Shown in pieces: positions 12,980 to 25,705 of a DNA stretch of 64,000 bases. Positions within the stretch are counted from its first letter, which is position 1, and each line of letters begins with the position of its first letter. Under the pieces are notes generated by a model. It was not told the origin of the DNA, did not search any database, and saw nothing but the letters and a program-made list of their open reading frames with translations. This stretch comes from Gonapodya sp. JEL0774 (lineage: Eukaryota), in contig JADIIX010000039.1 in the NCBI GenBank assembly GCA_027604505.1, positions 1-64,000 of the forward strand. Reading direction: 5' to 3'. The translations under genes were made by a program, and so were the position numbers.

Positions 12980-13952
12980 TCACCCAACTCTCAACGGCTA
13001 TGATGACAGTCACTGTTGACAAGTCCCTTCCTCTGCACAAGTTTAATGATTTCCAACATGGACTGCAAGTGCTCCACCTGCGGCTCCCATCCCAATCCCG
13101 ATCGGCCATCCGCGCCAAAACCGCTCCAAAATTGGGAACATGTACCCTTCAGTCTCTACTGTCTCGCTATCGTGGCTTTTGCAATGCACTCGAATGCTGG
13201 GGACCCGCTGGATTTCTCGTGATGGACATCTTTCCACGCATCCATATCAAGCATGAATAATCATCAATGATAACCTCACTTGTGACTGAATTTGCCACAA
13301 AATGACGTGCAACTTTGGAGGACCACTTTGAACATCCATTTCCTCTCAACAACACAGGTCCCTTTATCCCTTTATCAACATAAGTATTCATCTAACTAGT
13401 TTAATTCTATATCCAAAGGCTCTGACACAGGAGTCATCCCATCCAAGAAACCCTCACAACTCTCAGTCACATCTGTTTCCGCGGTATCTATCGCCGTCGT
13501 GAAACGGCCCATGTTTCTCACCAGCGGCCTTTATGCAGCGGCTTGCGCTGACTTCGTCGCGGAACACTAGATGTGTGCACACGCCGTTTGTAGGATGAGC
13601 TCTTGTGGGCAACGATTATGTACTCACTTTTACGACACCATTTCTCAGCACAATTTGGAACTGCCACCAGCTGAGCCGGTTCGGGAGTAGCTCGGTTAAG
13701 GTTAACAGTTCTGTCGAAAGATGAAGTTCATTATGCATCAGATTATGCATCAGAAGAGTCGGCGCCGTTGGGTGTTCCCACATACTTGGTACCCCATTGA
13801 TTCAGAACCACAGATGATGCGGCATTCCCGTTATTCCTTCGCCGAAGTTTCTTTGCTGCTGAACGACAGGTTCAGGTGAGAGCCGAGCTGAACGGAGCTG
13901 ATGCTTTGTGAACTCACAAGCTTGTTCGTTGAATCTAATGAGCGCCTCGCAG

Positions 13953-14712
13953 TCACCTGAGAATATCGCCAGCCATGAGACACGCAAGCAAAACATAGGA
14001 AAGTAGTTTCCAACCTTTTGTGATTTTGTTCAATTCATACCGTAAGCATGCATCGGGTACAACATCCTCGTCACAAAACAAAAGGCCGGTTCCTTCCCCA
14101 GCAAGATCGCATGTCAGTAGTTCCGCCTGGACGCTGAACACCCCATCAAGGAAAGTTCCCGGACGAATTGGGTTTCCGGAGAAATCGACGGACACAAGCC
14201 TGTGCATTCGTGAGAGAGATTGGCCAATGCGACCGATGTTGTTGTTGGGGACATGGAGAACTCTGAGTTTGGTGAGGTCGGCGAGCTCTTCAGGGACATC
14301 ACCAAGCTATCCCGAATCAGAGATTACCAAAAAAGAAAGTCATGTCAGACAAGGTAACACCTCCATGGAGAAAGCCCGTAGCTTAGTCTTCTTTCACCTT
14401 GTGTTCTGTTTCATGTATTCCATCCAGTTCGAACCAGACAATCCTATGACCCTCATACTGGTGCTTACACAACACATGAACAGCTGTTTTCTCGTCCCCT
14501 CCAACTCGCCACATCCCAAACCTATCTTTCTCCATGCAGCACAGGTTATTCTCCCATGGTACAGAAAGACCGGACGATTTGATCCAGTTGGCGAGCACGC
14601 CACATTCGGTCGACTCCACAACAACCGGGGAGGACGCCGGGGAGCACCCGCCGCCGACCAGGAGCGCCGCAGAAGCACAAATAGCTGCCAGGGATCTGAC
14701 GAGGCTCTTCAT
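13953..14712 (-). CDS. Secreted leucine-rich-repeat protein (3' extent uncertain)
   Basis: Signal peptide MKSLVRSLAAICASAALLV, Cys-containing cap (ECGVL...WENNLCC), LRR units VPEELADLTKLRVLHV..NN and LVSVDFSGN. Confidence 0.6.
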
Positions 14713-15216
14713 CTATGGTCTGTGTTTCTGGTTTGCGTCTGCTGATGTGTCCGTTTTGGTGGTTTCCCCGGCTTGAGGGGCAGGGCGGAATGCCTCACGC
14801 ACAACACCGATAAGTATATCCTGCCTGAAGTACAGATTGAGTGATCAATTCCAGATCGAATCACGTTTTCGGTCTTGTTCAGCGTCATCAATATTATTAA
14901 ATCAACCCGGGACTCATGTGCATGTGTAATTAGTCCTACGTGTTCTGTACTATACAATCAAATGTGTGCTATATTATAATGTTGTTATATATACACGCTG
15001 GATTTCGGTGATCAGGAACAATCCGTTTCTTTTTTCTCCCCTCTTTCCATTCACAACCATTCCCTTATTGCTTGATAACTGTTTGTGTTTCTCAGTGCTC
15101 TGACGACGCATGCTCTCTTCGAGCTGATGGCCTCGATGATTCGCCAGAGATGGATAGTCGACCATCAATTCCCCGGCCATGATGATCCAGAAGGGAAAGA
15201 AAAGCAAATTGGGCGA

Positions 15217-17163
15217 ATGCCGCGGCTGCGCTTGCTTTTGCCGATGTTCCTCATAGTTGCGGGCCTTTTAATTTGGTTTCGCCGGGGTACCCGAAGTCAA
15301 TCGGACACAGAAACCGGTAACAACATCATAACTGAATTCGCGGGAGGGCTGTATTCGTCGGGATGTTCGGATACCCTTCCTCCAGCGATATCGCTTGGTG
15401 ATTTCGACATCACGACACCAATGCGTGATTCTCTGCTATCGCCATTCTCTCCTGAAGACCCGGAGACTCTGGGAGAACGCGCGAGGACCTTTTTCAGCCT
15501 TCATCGGAAGCTTCGCGTTTTAGAAGAACACTTATCCTGTCGCGTGGAAGGAGTCCCCACCGTCGTCCAGGAACAGTTCCTAAGATTCCAGGACTTTATG
15601 GATCGATTCGAGCGATTTATGTTTCCATGGCTTCGGTATCCGGTTTCAAAATTGTACTCCCGATTCCAGAGAACACCAAAAGCACGTGGAATCGTTATTA
15701 CGGCTGGAAATGGGCAGGTGCGATTGGCAATGGTTGCTATTCAATCCATCCGCGGCACCGGATGCGATCTCCCGATTGAAGTGTATCACGTTGGGCCGAC
15801 AGACTTGTCTGGACCGAACCGCGGCCGCCTTGAGAGTTTGGGAAATGGATATGATATTATTGTGAGGGATCTTTTGCAAGAATTGGGTGGCAAAGAGTTT
15901 CACGATGGAGGATCATGGGCTGCAAAACCATTTGCCGCTCTAGTATCAACGTTTTCGGAGGTTCTACTCCAGGATAGTGACGTCACTTGGGTGCGATCAC
16001 CGCAATCAGCTTTCGATGACCCTGTGTACCGTAAGATGGGCACTCTCTTTTACTATGACCGTGTAGGTGCAAAATATTTGTCGGGTTTGCAATACAACAC
16101 TTAATTAACGAGAAAATCTATCACTTCAGCGGGCTCTCGAGCCGATTGTGAAGAAGGCAACAAGAGACACCGCCCTTAAACTCCTCCCAGAAAGTTATCG
16201 GAATGGCATCCTCCCCACGTACCTACTGCACAATTCCATTGCGGGTAACACCTCCCAGCATAATACAGAATCCGGTGTCGTTCTGGTTGACAAGAGTAGG
16301 CTGGAACATTATTACGGGCTCCTGGGAGTGTGCAAGCTAAATAGCAAAAGGGAGAGGGAGTACTTCTACAGATTCTTTTGGGGTGACAAAGAGACTTTTT
16401 GGCTTGGATGGGAAATGGTTGGGAGCGGTGGCCTCTACGGATTTTCCCAATGGCCTGCAGGTCAGTTGGGTATCTTGGTTAGGGGAGATCAGGACCAACA
16501 GAAGGCGGTGTCGTAGTGAGTGTGTTTTTGTTGCTTGTTGCAGCGCATGTTCACTGTCTTACCACCTTGTGCGTCAGTGGGATCTACGAACCTATCAAAA
16601 TAAAACATCCGCCGCCGCCCGATAAGCCCATTCCCGACAAGAGAGTTCTTCGGTTATGCTCTCTTCAGCTTGCCCATGTCGATGCCTCTGGAAAACGCTT
16701 GCTGTGGTACAACGGCGGCGTTGTGCGAAATAAGTTTCTCGCAGAGTCGACGGTTATGACCCCAACCCATTGGGCATTGGAAGCCGTGAACAGCAGGTGG
16801 ACAATCGAGAGTGACAATATTGCCTGCTTACATATGAGTACGAGCTCGGGTCTCACCGTAGATGATAATGGATCGGCGAAAGAGATCTCGGGTGGTGACT
16901 TCTCGGGATTAGAGAATGAAGGTGATGCTTTGCCTGTTCCAATCCGAGGGGAGGAGCTCGCTACCTTCGAAAGAATAGGAAAGTGGTGGGACGAGGCGGG
17001 CCGCAGACTCAAAATGGTGCAATTGAAACCCGAAAAGCAGGTGAAGCACCGTCATAAGGCCGACGAGTACTTTCCCGAAGATCTTTTAAAATACCGCTCG
17101 AAATCGGGCCGGCTAGTTATACCCTCTTCAGACGTGGAGGTGATGAATAATAAAAAGCGGTAG
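15217..17163 (+). CDS. GT71 alpha-mannosyltransferase (Mnn1/Mnn2 family)
   Basis: Type II TM, RGIVITAG, LPIEVYH, KPFAALVSTFSEVLLQDSD, GTLFYYDR, ESGVVLVDK, WGDKETFWLG. Confidence 0.9.
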
Positions 17164-17232
17164 ACGAAGAGTATTCTATAATCGAATTATGCATTCTAAT
17201 AAATACTTTCTAAATATACGTACATCTCTACA

Positions 17233-19004
17233 TTACGACAGAAGATGTTGGCGGATTAAGTTTGTCACGAACCCGCCGTCTACTGGGATATCAACTGCAT
17301 GAAACTGGGGACCGTAATTGGGCCATTTGGTCTTCGAGAGTTCATTGAGGTCGACCTCTTCATCAAACCAAATCCCGTAGTGCTATGTGGGAACAGAAGA
17401 TATTACGTGAAATTCGGTGGCGCACTTCTGCTGAAGACCCACCTTGTGTCCGATGGTCTGCGCTGTGGAATAGAAGTCATATGCAAAATCTAGTGGGAGT
17501 GGTCTCATTTTAGCGAGTCCAAATGGAATGGGGGGGAATAGTGCCATGCAGTCTCACTTTCTGGCCAGAAAATTTCGAGCACCAGAGATTTTCGTGTAGG
17601 GGGCATCCAAAGTTGATGCTGTAAATAGAATTATCAAAGGGGGATGTAAAAACAGACTTACGAGTGGACAATCTTACCGTTAGACCATTGCCATGCACAC
17701 CTAACATAACCGTTGCGTTGTATGCCAACCAGATCTGTTGTTCCATTGATAACTTGTCCATTTCCGCTTCGACAAACGTGCAGATCCCCTCACTCTCCAA
17801 CATTCGAAGCCCTTCGACCAGCCTGTTGTGTGATGAAACATCGAGAGACCTTCGACCCCACTTCTGTCGAGAGATGTACAGCACAACTGGAGTTTTTGGA
17901 CGAGGTGGAATGGTGCCAAATCGGGTTAGGAGCAGGCGGTTACGCAACGGTTTCCAGTGGTCCGGGGCCACAGGAAGGTCGAGAGCGGAGCCGAGGGTCT
18001 TGCCCCACATATTGCCGAAAACACTGGAGGTGATTTGAAACTAAGAAAAACAAAGCCCAAGTTTTTATTTGCGGGGCACTTACTGTTTATTCGTTGAGCT
18101 CCGATCAAGTAGAGCAGCAGTCTCAAGCAGCACTGCGATGTGGAGATGTCTGTACGTCTCCCACTTTTTGGATGTCTCCACGGGAGCCCAGGGGAAGACA
18201 GAGACAGTCAAGGGACCGTTGAGATTAGCGGGGTCATGCCAGCGATCTGTTGGAACATTCTGAAGACCCGACCGATTCACTGCGAGTTCGCCGCAAAAGA
18301 ATGACCACCACTATGTTTTCCAAGAAACTTACCGGTAGCAAGAATCGAGAAGGAAAATTTTGGTTTCGATCCTTTGGATAGACCTGGAGGTGCGAGTTCC
18401 AGAGCCTCCAGGCACCAGCAATCACTTCCGCCCACCAGTGGAAGTAATGGGAAGTGAACTGGTCGGTGTCGTGCAGCAAAAGCGTGGATCCCTCAACATA
18501 TAACGCAGTATTTCGAAAAAGCGTTTTTGCATAGGTCAAATTAATGTACCGTATCTCGTCGCCGTTGAGCACCATATCGACTCCGGGCTTTACATCTCCA
18601 ACTCGTGACAGGATCCGTTCGAGGGGCTCTATCGGCTTTGGAGTTCCGTCCTCAAGAACAATGTACATAGAGCTTTCAAGCAAGTAAAGATTGCGGAGCA
18701 GCGTGAACCCTGGGACGTGTGCAAGGACCTTTGTGGTTGGCAGGGTAATTGGCTCTCCCACATAATGGTCCCCATCCCGGAATGACACGGCCCCAGAGAC
18801 TTCGTAGCTTCCTCCCTCCATACAATATATGAGGAAGAGGACAAGCGATGTCAACTTTGAACAATTAGAATGGTTGAGAACGGCATTGGTCACTTCGCAA
18901 TATCACGCATTATTCACCGCCGCTACGCGCAAGACGTTTCGGGAATTCAAATCACCAAGCCGATAGCGGATGTTCCATAACGTGTTGAGCGAGGGCCAAT
19001 CCAT
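17233..19004 (-). CDS. GT61/DUF563-like glycosyltransferase, multi-exon
   Basis: PGFTLLRNLYL, HYFHWWAE, VVLYISRQ..RRSL, MLGVHGNGLT. Start approximate. Confidence 0.75.
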
Positions 19005-19348
19005 TGTCTGAGGCAAGTATTAACGAGTGATTGCCCGAAAGTGAATGGGGAGGGAAGACTCACCCTGCGGTCTTTGCTATCATCGCTTACAGAACTCATT
19101 TATGCTCGCAGGAGCTGCCAATTAAGATTTTCCACTTGCGAGCCCTCTCGAATGGGACTTCTGAATATATGTGGTCATTCGGTCAAACCCAACAATGGCG
19201 TGCCGGACAGGCTGGAAACGCACCCCCTCTTCCAGGCACGTATTATGTAGGCGCGAAGTTTAGCCTCCCCCCACACTTTAAAACGGGCAATGGGCAGTGT
19301 CACTTCGTGATACAACTGCATTTCAACAACAAACGGAGACCATTGAGA

Positions 19349-21920
19349 ATGGCGCACCGAGGTGGCAATAATGTAGGGCTTCTTTCTATGTTCGATCCCC
19401 TGTCCTCCCTCTCCTCTCCCCTCCCCGGAGCTCAAATGCAAGACCAACAGAGGGAGAGCGATTGCTTGAGCTATCAGACGCGACAAGCTCTTGAGGTGCA
19501 GCAGCCGCATCTGCGCTCCCAATCTGCCACTTCTTCCCCAACCCGACATACCAATGCCACCGCATCCCATCAGCTTGCTCAGACCACTAAACCCGCTCAG
19601 CCTTCTCAACCCCTGCATCTTGGCTCCCTCGATTCGTTTGAGACCTTGCCTTGGCCTTCTCCCTCCTCCCTCGGCCCCACAACAGATTCAACATCGCCTG
19701 CGTCGCGGGACAATTTTCGGCCGGCCTCCCTAAGACGTTCCCTCTCAGTCTCACAAGTCTCGACGTCAGTCAGCTCACCCGCAGCTGGCACTAGTGGGCG
19801 ACCAGCCGCGTCGTCGCCTCCTCCCTCACCCACAGCTGGTATAAAGCGCTTCGTTGTCCACGAAGTCAAGAGGAGCGACACTTTGGCGGGAGTTGCACTG
19901 CTCTACGGTGTTAAGGTGTGTGAAGACCGTCTTTTTACACCGGGTGGAATGCAGAAGGGCGAGAGAGGGGGATTAGAACAATATGATCCAATGGGATGCG
20001 CACTTTAGAGGTTAAATGTTCGTGCCGCGACTCCTTTGCGCTCGCGGGAGTAAGCTATGAAGCGGCTCTTAAATTTGATCATTTGAGGAACTGGTCAGAG
20101 AGTCCGTGGCGCACGCCGCCATCCTGAAGCTGTGCGGCGGTGTTGACGTGCGTCTGGGCCCTTCCTTTCCGTCGTTACTCACTGCAATTGCCCTCATACA
20201 CCAACCACCGTGTCACAACCAGATAACCGACATTCGTGGTGCCAATCCCCACCTCTGGTCCTCAGATGCCATTCACCACTTCCCGAGCCTTCACGTCCCA
20301 CTCGAGGCCATCACAAACCCAACAGTGCGCGGAGCAATCCCGCGGAACCTCATCTTTTCTATGGCGGCCACTGAAAAGGCTCCCTTGCGTCGATTGTCTC
20401 GCGACTTATCGGTGGAGAGATTAAAGGGGCGTTTGTCTGGAGAAAAGGATCGCACAACTTACGGCGTTGACAAAGATGGCAATGTTATTGCTCTAAGACC
20501 GGGGCACGGGCGTTCCATCTCTTCGTCGGGACCTCCATCTCCGAGCACCCAATACATCACTGCTCCACTCCACCGCACTAATTCAACCCACTCTACTTCC
20601 TCGGTCACCTCTGCAACCTCATCACATCGAGAGCGATCGGATCCCACTCCCACATCGTTCCGCACCTCGGTTTCCTCACCGCTTGGTTTGCATGAAGATC
20701 CATTCGGGTCCTCCCCGGGAACAGGGGAGGATCAACCGGATGAGGATGAGGATGAGATTGTTGTGGTAGTCCGTGCTGGGGAAGGGAGAGTGTCACAGAG
20801 ACAGGGTAGCCAGGGTAATGGCGGCATGGCGACTTCAACAGGCACTCCCACCACTTTCTCTGCTCCAACGTCCACCCTCGGGCCTCCGATCCCATTCGCG
20901 CCGAAAGCATCCGCATCCTCCAAGCCACCTGTCCTCGCGCTATCTTCGTCCTCGTCTTCTTCATTCCTGCCATCCTCCGCATCTTCCTCTGTGCGACCAT
21001 TCTCTTCCTCTTCCTCCACCTCACCTCGCCTTGGAACCGCGTCCCCTTCTGGTTCCTCACACCGCGCAACAACATCGTCTCTTCTGCGCGCGGTAGATGA
21101 TGATTTGGAAGCCACCATGCGGAGCCTTCGTGATGTGTTTGGTGATGGGGTGATGAAGGGACTTAAAGGAAAGTCCTCCGACGGCACCTCGACTCTGGCA
21201 TCTTCGAAAGTCGAAGACCCACGGGGAAGAGATATGTTCCGACGTGGGGACTCGAATCGAGAACAGGAGGCACGCGCAGGACGTGGAGGGACGAAATTTG
21301 TGTCTGTGGGTGATTTGAACAACCTCACTGTCCCGCCTCGGACAGGAACAGCGTCCCCACGGCCGGGGTCGGGTTCATCTGGTTCTTCGGGGAAAGCAAA
21401 ACCCGCTTCCCCCGCACCTTTTGTGGATCCGGCAACATTGCCCCGCTTCTCGTCAGGTTTCGCTGATGACCCCACTCTGCACGGTCCAACACATATGCCA
21501 CTGTCGCTCGCGGAGGTGGACCGCCCGGCATCTCCTTCGGGCTCTGCATCATCTTATCGACGGTACCGTCATGTATCCGCGTCTGTGACTCGTTCTGAGG
21601 ACCGTGCGTCGGGGCGGCCCAGGCGCAATATGTCGAGCACTGCTCTCGTATCGCTTGCAAAAGGAAGTGGTGGCATGTCAAAGCTGGCGAGGCAGTTGAT
21701 GGGAAAGAATGGCGGAGAAACGGGGGAGGACGATACCAGGAAGTTTTTCGGGCTGGAGGATGATGAGGAGGAAGGTACTTGGGAAAACGCTGTGTCGTTG
21801 AACACCTCCGGTTCGAATACAACTAGTACAAAAAGTGCTGGGAAGACTGAATCAGAGAGGGCGGACTTTGGGAGAAGGTGGGGGACAATGGAGAGAATTG
21901 AATCTGGTACCGAGATGTGA
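19349..21920 (+). CDS. Intracellular LysM-domain protein with Ser-rich disordered regions
   Basis: HEVKRSDTLAGVALLYGVK spliced to ITDIRGANPHLWSSDAI...LHVP. Confidence 0.8.
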
Positions 21921-22179
21921 GAAGCAGGTGTGCATTCTTTGCAATTATTTTCTTTATTTCGTATTTTCTTATCCAAAAGTCACAGGCATAGATGAGAAAA
22001 GTTTTATTAAATGAGATAAGAGGATTTCCTCAAGTTTCAAGTTTTGATACATGGAAAGTTCCTCTGCCTATAACTACCAGCGATTAGATAGCAGGTCAGC
22101 ATCGCACTATACCGACCAAGAGAAGAGCGAAGGGTGGAACAAAGCAGTGGTTGATCATGCTTTCCTTCATGCTTTCCTC

Positions 22180-25100
22180 TCATTTTGCGCTTGCAGCTGC
22201 TTGCTCCCCGAAAAACTTGGTCAAATAGTTCCTGTTCAATTTGCCTGTTGGCCCTGAAGAACACCAAGAACATCCGTCAATGAAACACATCACAGACTAC
22301 ATTAAGTCGGCATTTTACTCGTTCTCACCTTTGGGGATCTCACTGACGAGCCAAATCTTTTTGGGGACTTTGAACTTCGCGAGTCTCTTGCCAGCTTCCT
22401 CCATGATGACTTTCTCCGTCAAAGTCTCCTGAGCTTCGGGCTTCACAATAATGCATATTTCCAGCTCTTGACCATACAAGCTCGAGGCAACTCCAAAAGT
22501 GCAAGCTTCGGCAATACCCGGTATTGTCAAGAACGCAGCATCAATCTGAAGTGGCAAAGGATGAGTGAACGCCGACGATTCGCTCAATACCCACCGACTC
22601 TCACCTCCAGGGGGCTGATCTTTTCACCACCTCGGTTAATTTGCTCTTTGATCCGACCCACTAGGAACACGAAACCATTTACATCCTGGACAACGGGAGG
22701 TCAAACTCTCGACGAATTCGTTCTTAGCGTGTGTTATGGAGATGCTCACCAAGTATCCAAGATCTCCTGTCCGGAAAAATGGCAGTGCGTTTGCATCATT
22801 CGGGTCGGAGAAGAATGAAGACGCGTTTGCTGTTGGGTTCTTCCAGTATCCTAGAGCCGTCACAAAGCAAAGGTATGCGCTCTTCGTTTCAGCACAAAGA
22901 TCCAAGAACCTTACTCACCGCTCATTACATTGACACCTCTCACGCATACTTCCCCAGTTTCACCGACCGCCTTATAGTTTCCCACATCATCCATAACCAC
23001 CGCATCCACGCCGCGACCCTTACCCACAGAGCCCGCAAAACGCATGCCAGGGGGGAGGAAGTTGGACGAGACCTGATGCGCAGCTTCTGTCATTGCGTAT
23101 GCCTGCATGTGAGATCAAGGAATGTTGCCTCAGATGACCTTTCTCGTGACAAAACAACACTCACTTCCAAGACTGGCGCTCGGAAAACAGTTTCAAGGTC
23201 TTTCAGCACTTGCGGCGCCCTGGTCACAGAATCACATAAGTCACCGATTTACAGTTAAACGCCATGGAACCCACAAGCTGGCACTGCAACTCCGAATGAA
23301 ACGTAGCCTCCCGCTTTGACCGGGGTATGTCTCCGACTTCCTGTTGAGAAGCATCTGGTGTATGGTGGGGACAGCAGAGTACCTTGTGAATATCAAAAAT
23401 TACAATGGACGAGATCAGTGAGAATCACCAGATCCGCGAAGACAGGAAAACTTCGCGAAGAGTTTACCAGCTGCAGTCAAATTCGGTGAAGTCTTTCCAA
23501 AAATCGGTGACACTAAACCTAGGAGGGATCACGGCGGTGCCGCCGGATGTAAGAGTAGAGAGGAGGGCACCGATGAGGCCGCTTGAAAGACAAAGGAAGA
23601 CGACGCTTGAATTCCCCTCAGGAGTTTCAACATTGATCATGTATCACATACTGCACGTGGAACAGAGGCTATTTAAATCCGCCGTGTCAGTTCCAGGTTC
23701 CAACCTCAAAATAAATTTTCACGCAGCAACTCTCACCATCACAACGAGAGTTGTGTCGTTTGGGGCAAGTTGATATGTGGCACGGATGTTATGGAGTGAG
23801 GTGAGAAGGTTACGGTGCGTCAAAGGGACACCTGTTTACCGGAGTAAGTGAGTATGAATGGGAACGGAAAAAGGGTGCTTAAAACAGGAGAGAGATAGAG
23901 ACTCCCACCTTTAGGGCGGCCCTTATGAGATTGATATGATAAAAATGAGTCAACCTTGATAATCTAGAAGCTGCCAAAGAAGATCTTATACTCACAGTAG
24001 TGCCTGATGTCTGAACGATTGCAGTCAATATTGGGGATCAAAGACACACCAATATCGATGATCCCCGCCAGCTCTGTGTACCCATGCCAATTTTGTACTG
24101 CCACTCACATGCAAGAACAACGCTGTCTCTCCTAACAAATCCTCAGCCTCCTGCCCTGTCTTCTTTACTCTCACCGCATCCGGACTCGAATGTCCAATGT
24201 TCGCACCTCCAATGTCCGAGTTGGCGATGGGAGTAGTGAAGGCAGCCCATTCGGTTGGAGCGGTCCCTGTTACAGCATCGGAGGAGTGAGGGGCGTACGC
24301 AATCTGGATGGTGGGAATGTAACCGCGAGCAGTGTCGAGAGTGCTGGAGTTGGTGGTAGTTTCGGTCACGTTGTTAGGATTTCTTGGGTCGTGGCGAGGT
24401 TTGATGCCAGATTTCAGTCAAGGAACTAACTCACTCCACCCACACTTCCCAAACGGGAATCCCAAGTTTCTTAGCAACATTACGACTAGCCTTGGCCTCT
24501 CCTCGCGGAACGATCACAACGCGAGCTTCAAGGTCATTAAAGAAGAAGTCCAGCTCCTCTTCGGTGTACTAGATGTAAGGAGGAATTCGAGCATCATTTA
24601 CGGGACACTTTGACAGGGTATCGACACGGAAGTCGTCTCACGTTTGGGTTCAAAGGGGCAGAGACGGCGCCTCTCCCTGTTACAGCAAAGAATACGGCCA
24701 GATACTGATGAATGTATGTGGCTCACCGATTAGCCTATTGAATGTGTCCGAACCTCGACGGAGAACAGTCTTGCAAAATTCTTACCTCGAGAGAGTTTGG
24801 GATAGGAAATGCGACCTTGTCGCCCTTCTTGAGTTTGTTGAATGGAGGGAGAGAGGTGAAGAGGGCGACCGAAAGCTTCAGCTCGCGATATCTGTGGACA
24901 TGGAACGGAACCGGTTTCGTTGCGACAAAATGAGAATTCGAACTCCAGCCAAGCAATGATGTTAAGAGGAGACGATTGATCGCTGACTTCGAATATTAGG
25001 TTTGTTCCACTTCAATGGACCAACCACCAGCACTGACTAAAACAGAATTGACATGGATTGGTGCCCCCCATCACAAATCTCCGTCGACACGCACGACACA

Positions 25101-25240
25101 CGATAAGGACTAGCCTTCCCCGACTTATCTCGGTTGGGAATGATGATGGCAGTGGAAGGGGAATCCGGAATGGCATCATTCACAGACAATGGAAGCTTCA
25201 AGGTGGTTTCAAAGTTGATGGGGGCACCGCTGGCCGTCAT
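22180..25240 (-). CDS. Acyl-CoA synthetase, oxalate-CoA ligase (Pcs60/AAE3)-like, many exons
   Basis: LFLH|TSGTT|GRPK|GVPLTHRN, PLFHVHGLIG, YSAVPTIHQML, FIRSCSA, QAYAMTEAAHQ, FRTGDLG, GRIKEQINRGGEKISP, PTGK. Confidence 0.9.
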
Positions 25241-25705
25241 TTTGGCAACCAATCCGATGAGAGTATGAGAAGTATGAGCGTGGTGGATGTAAAGCTGACA
25301 CCCTTGGAGTAAAAACAGACTTCTGTCGCCATTGATGGCCAAGACTCTTTTGTTTATAAAGGAACCAACCCTCGGCGAATTCTCAGCTCAGCACGACAGC
25401 AGCGCGGTTAGATACCGTCATTCAACAGCTTTCTGTGGATATATTTAGGCTAAGTGGTGGAAGCAAAACAAGGAATGAAGTGGCGAGGGGATAGTTTTGA
25501 TGTATATTAGAATCCGACGTCACTCCGCATCTAAAAGGTCCAGTTTTCTTCCCAAAGCAGCGCTTTGTTGTCAAGGGAGACGAATTTTTGATAGTGCGAC
25601 ACCGATATTATCACCTTGTCAATCATTCTCGTTATACTACATTGGTCAGCCGTGACAAGCCCCGACCAGCCCACAGCACGCTCGCTCCACAACTCCTGTG
25701 GTGAG

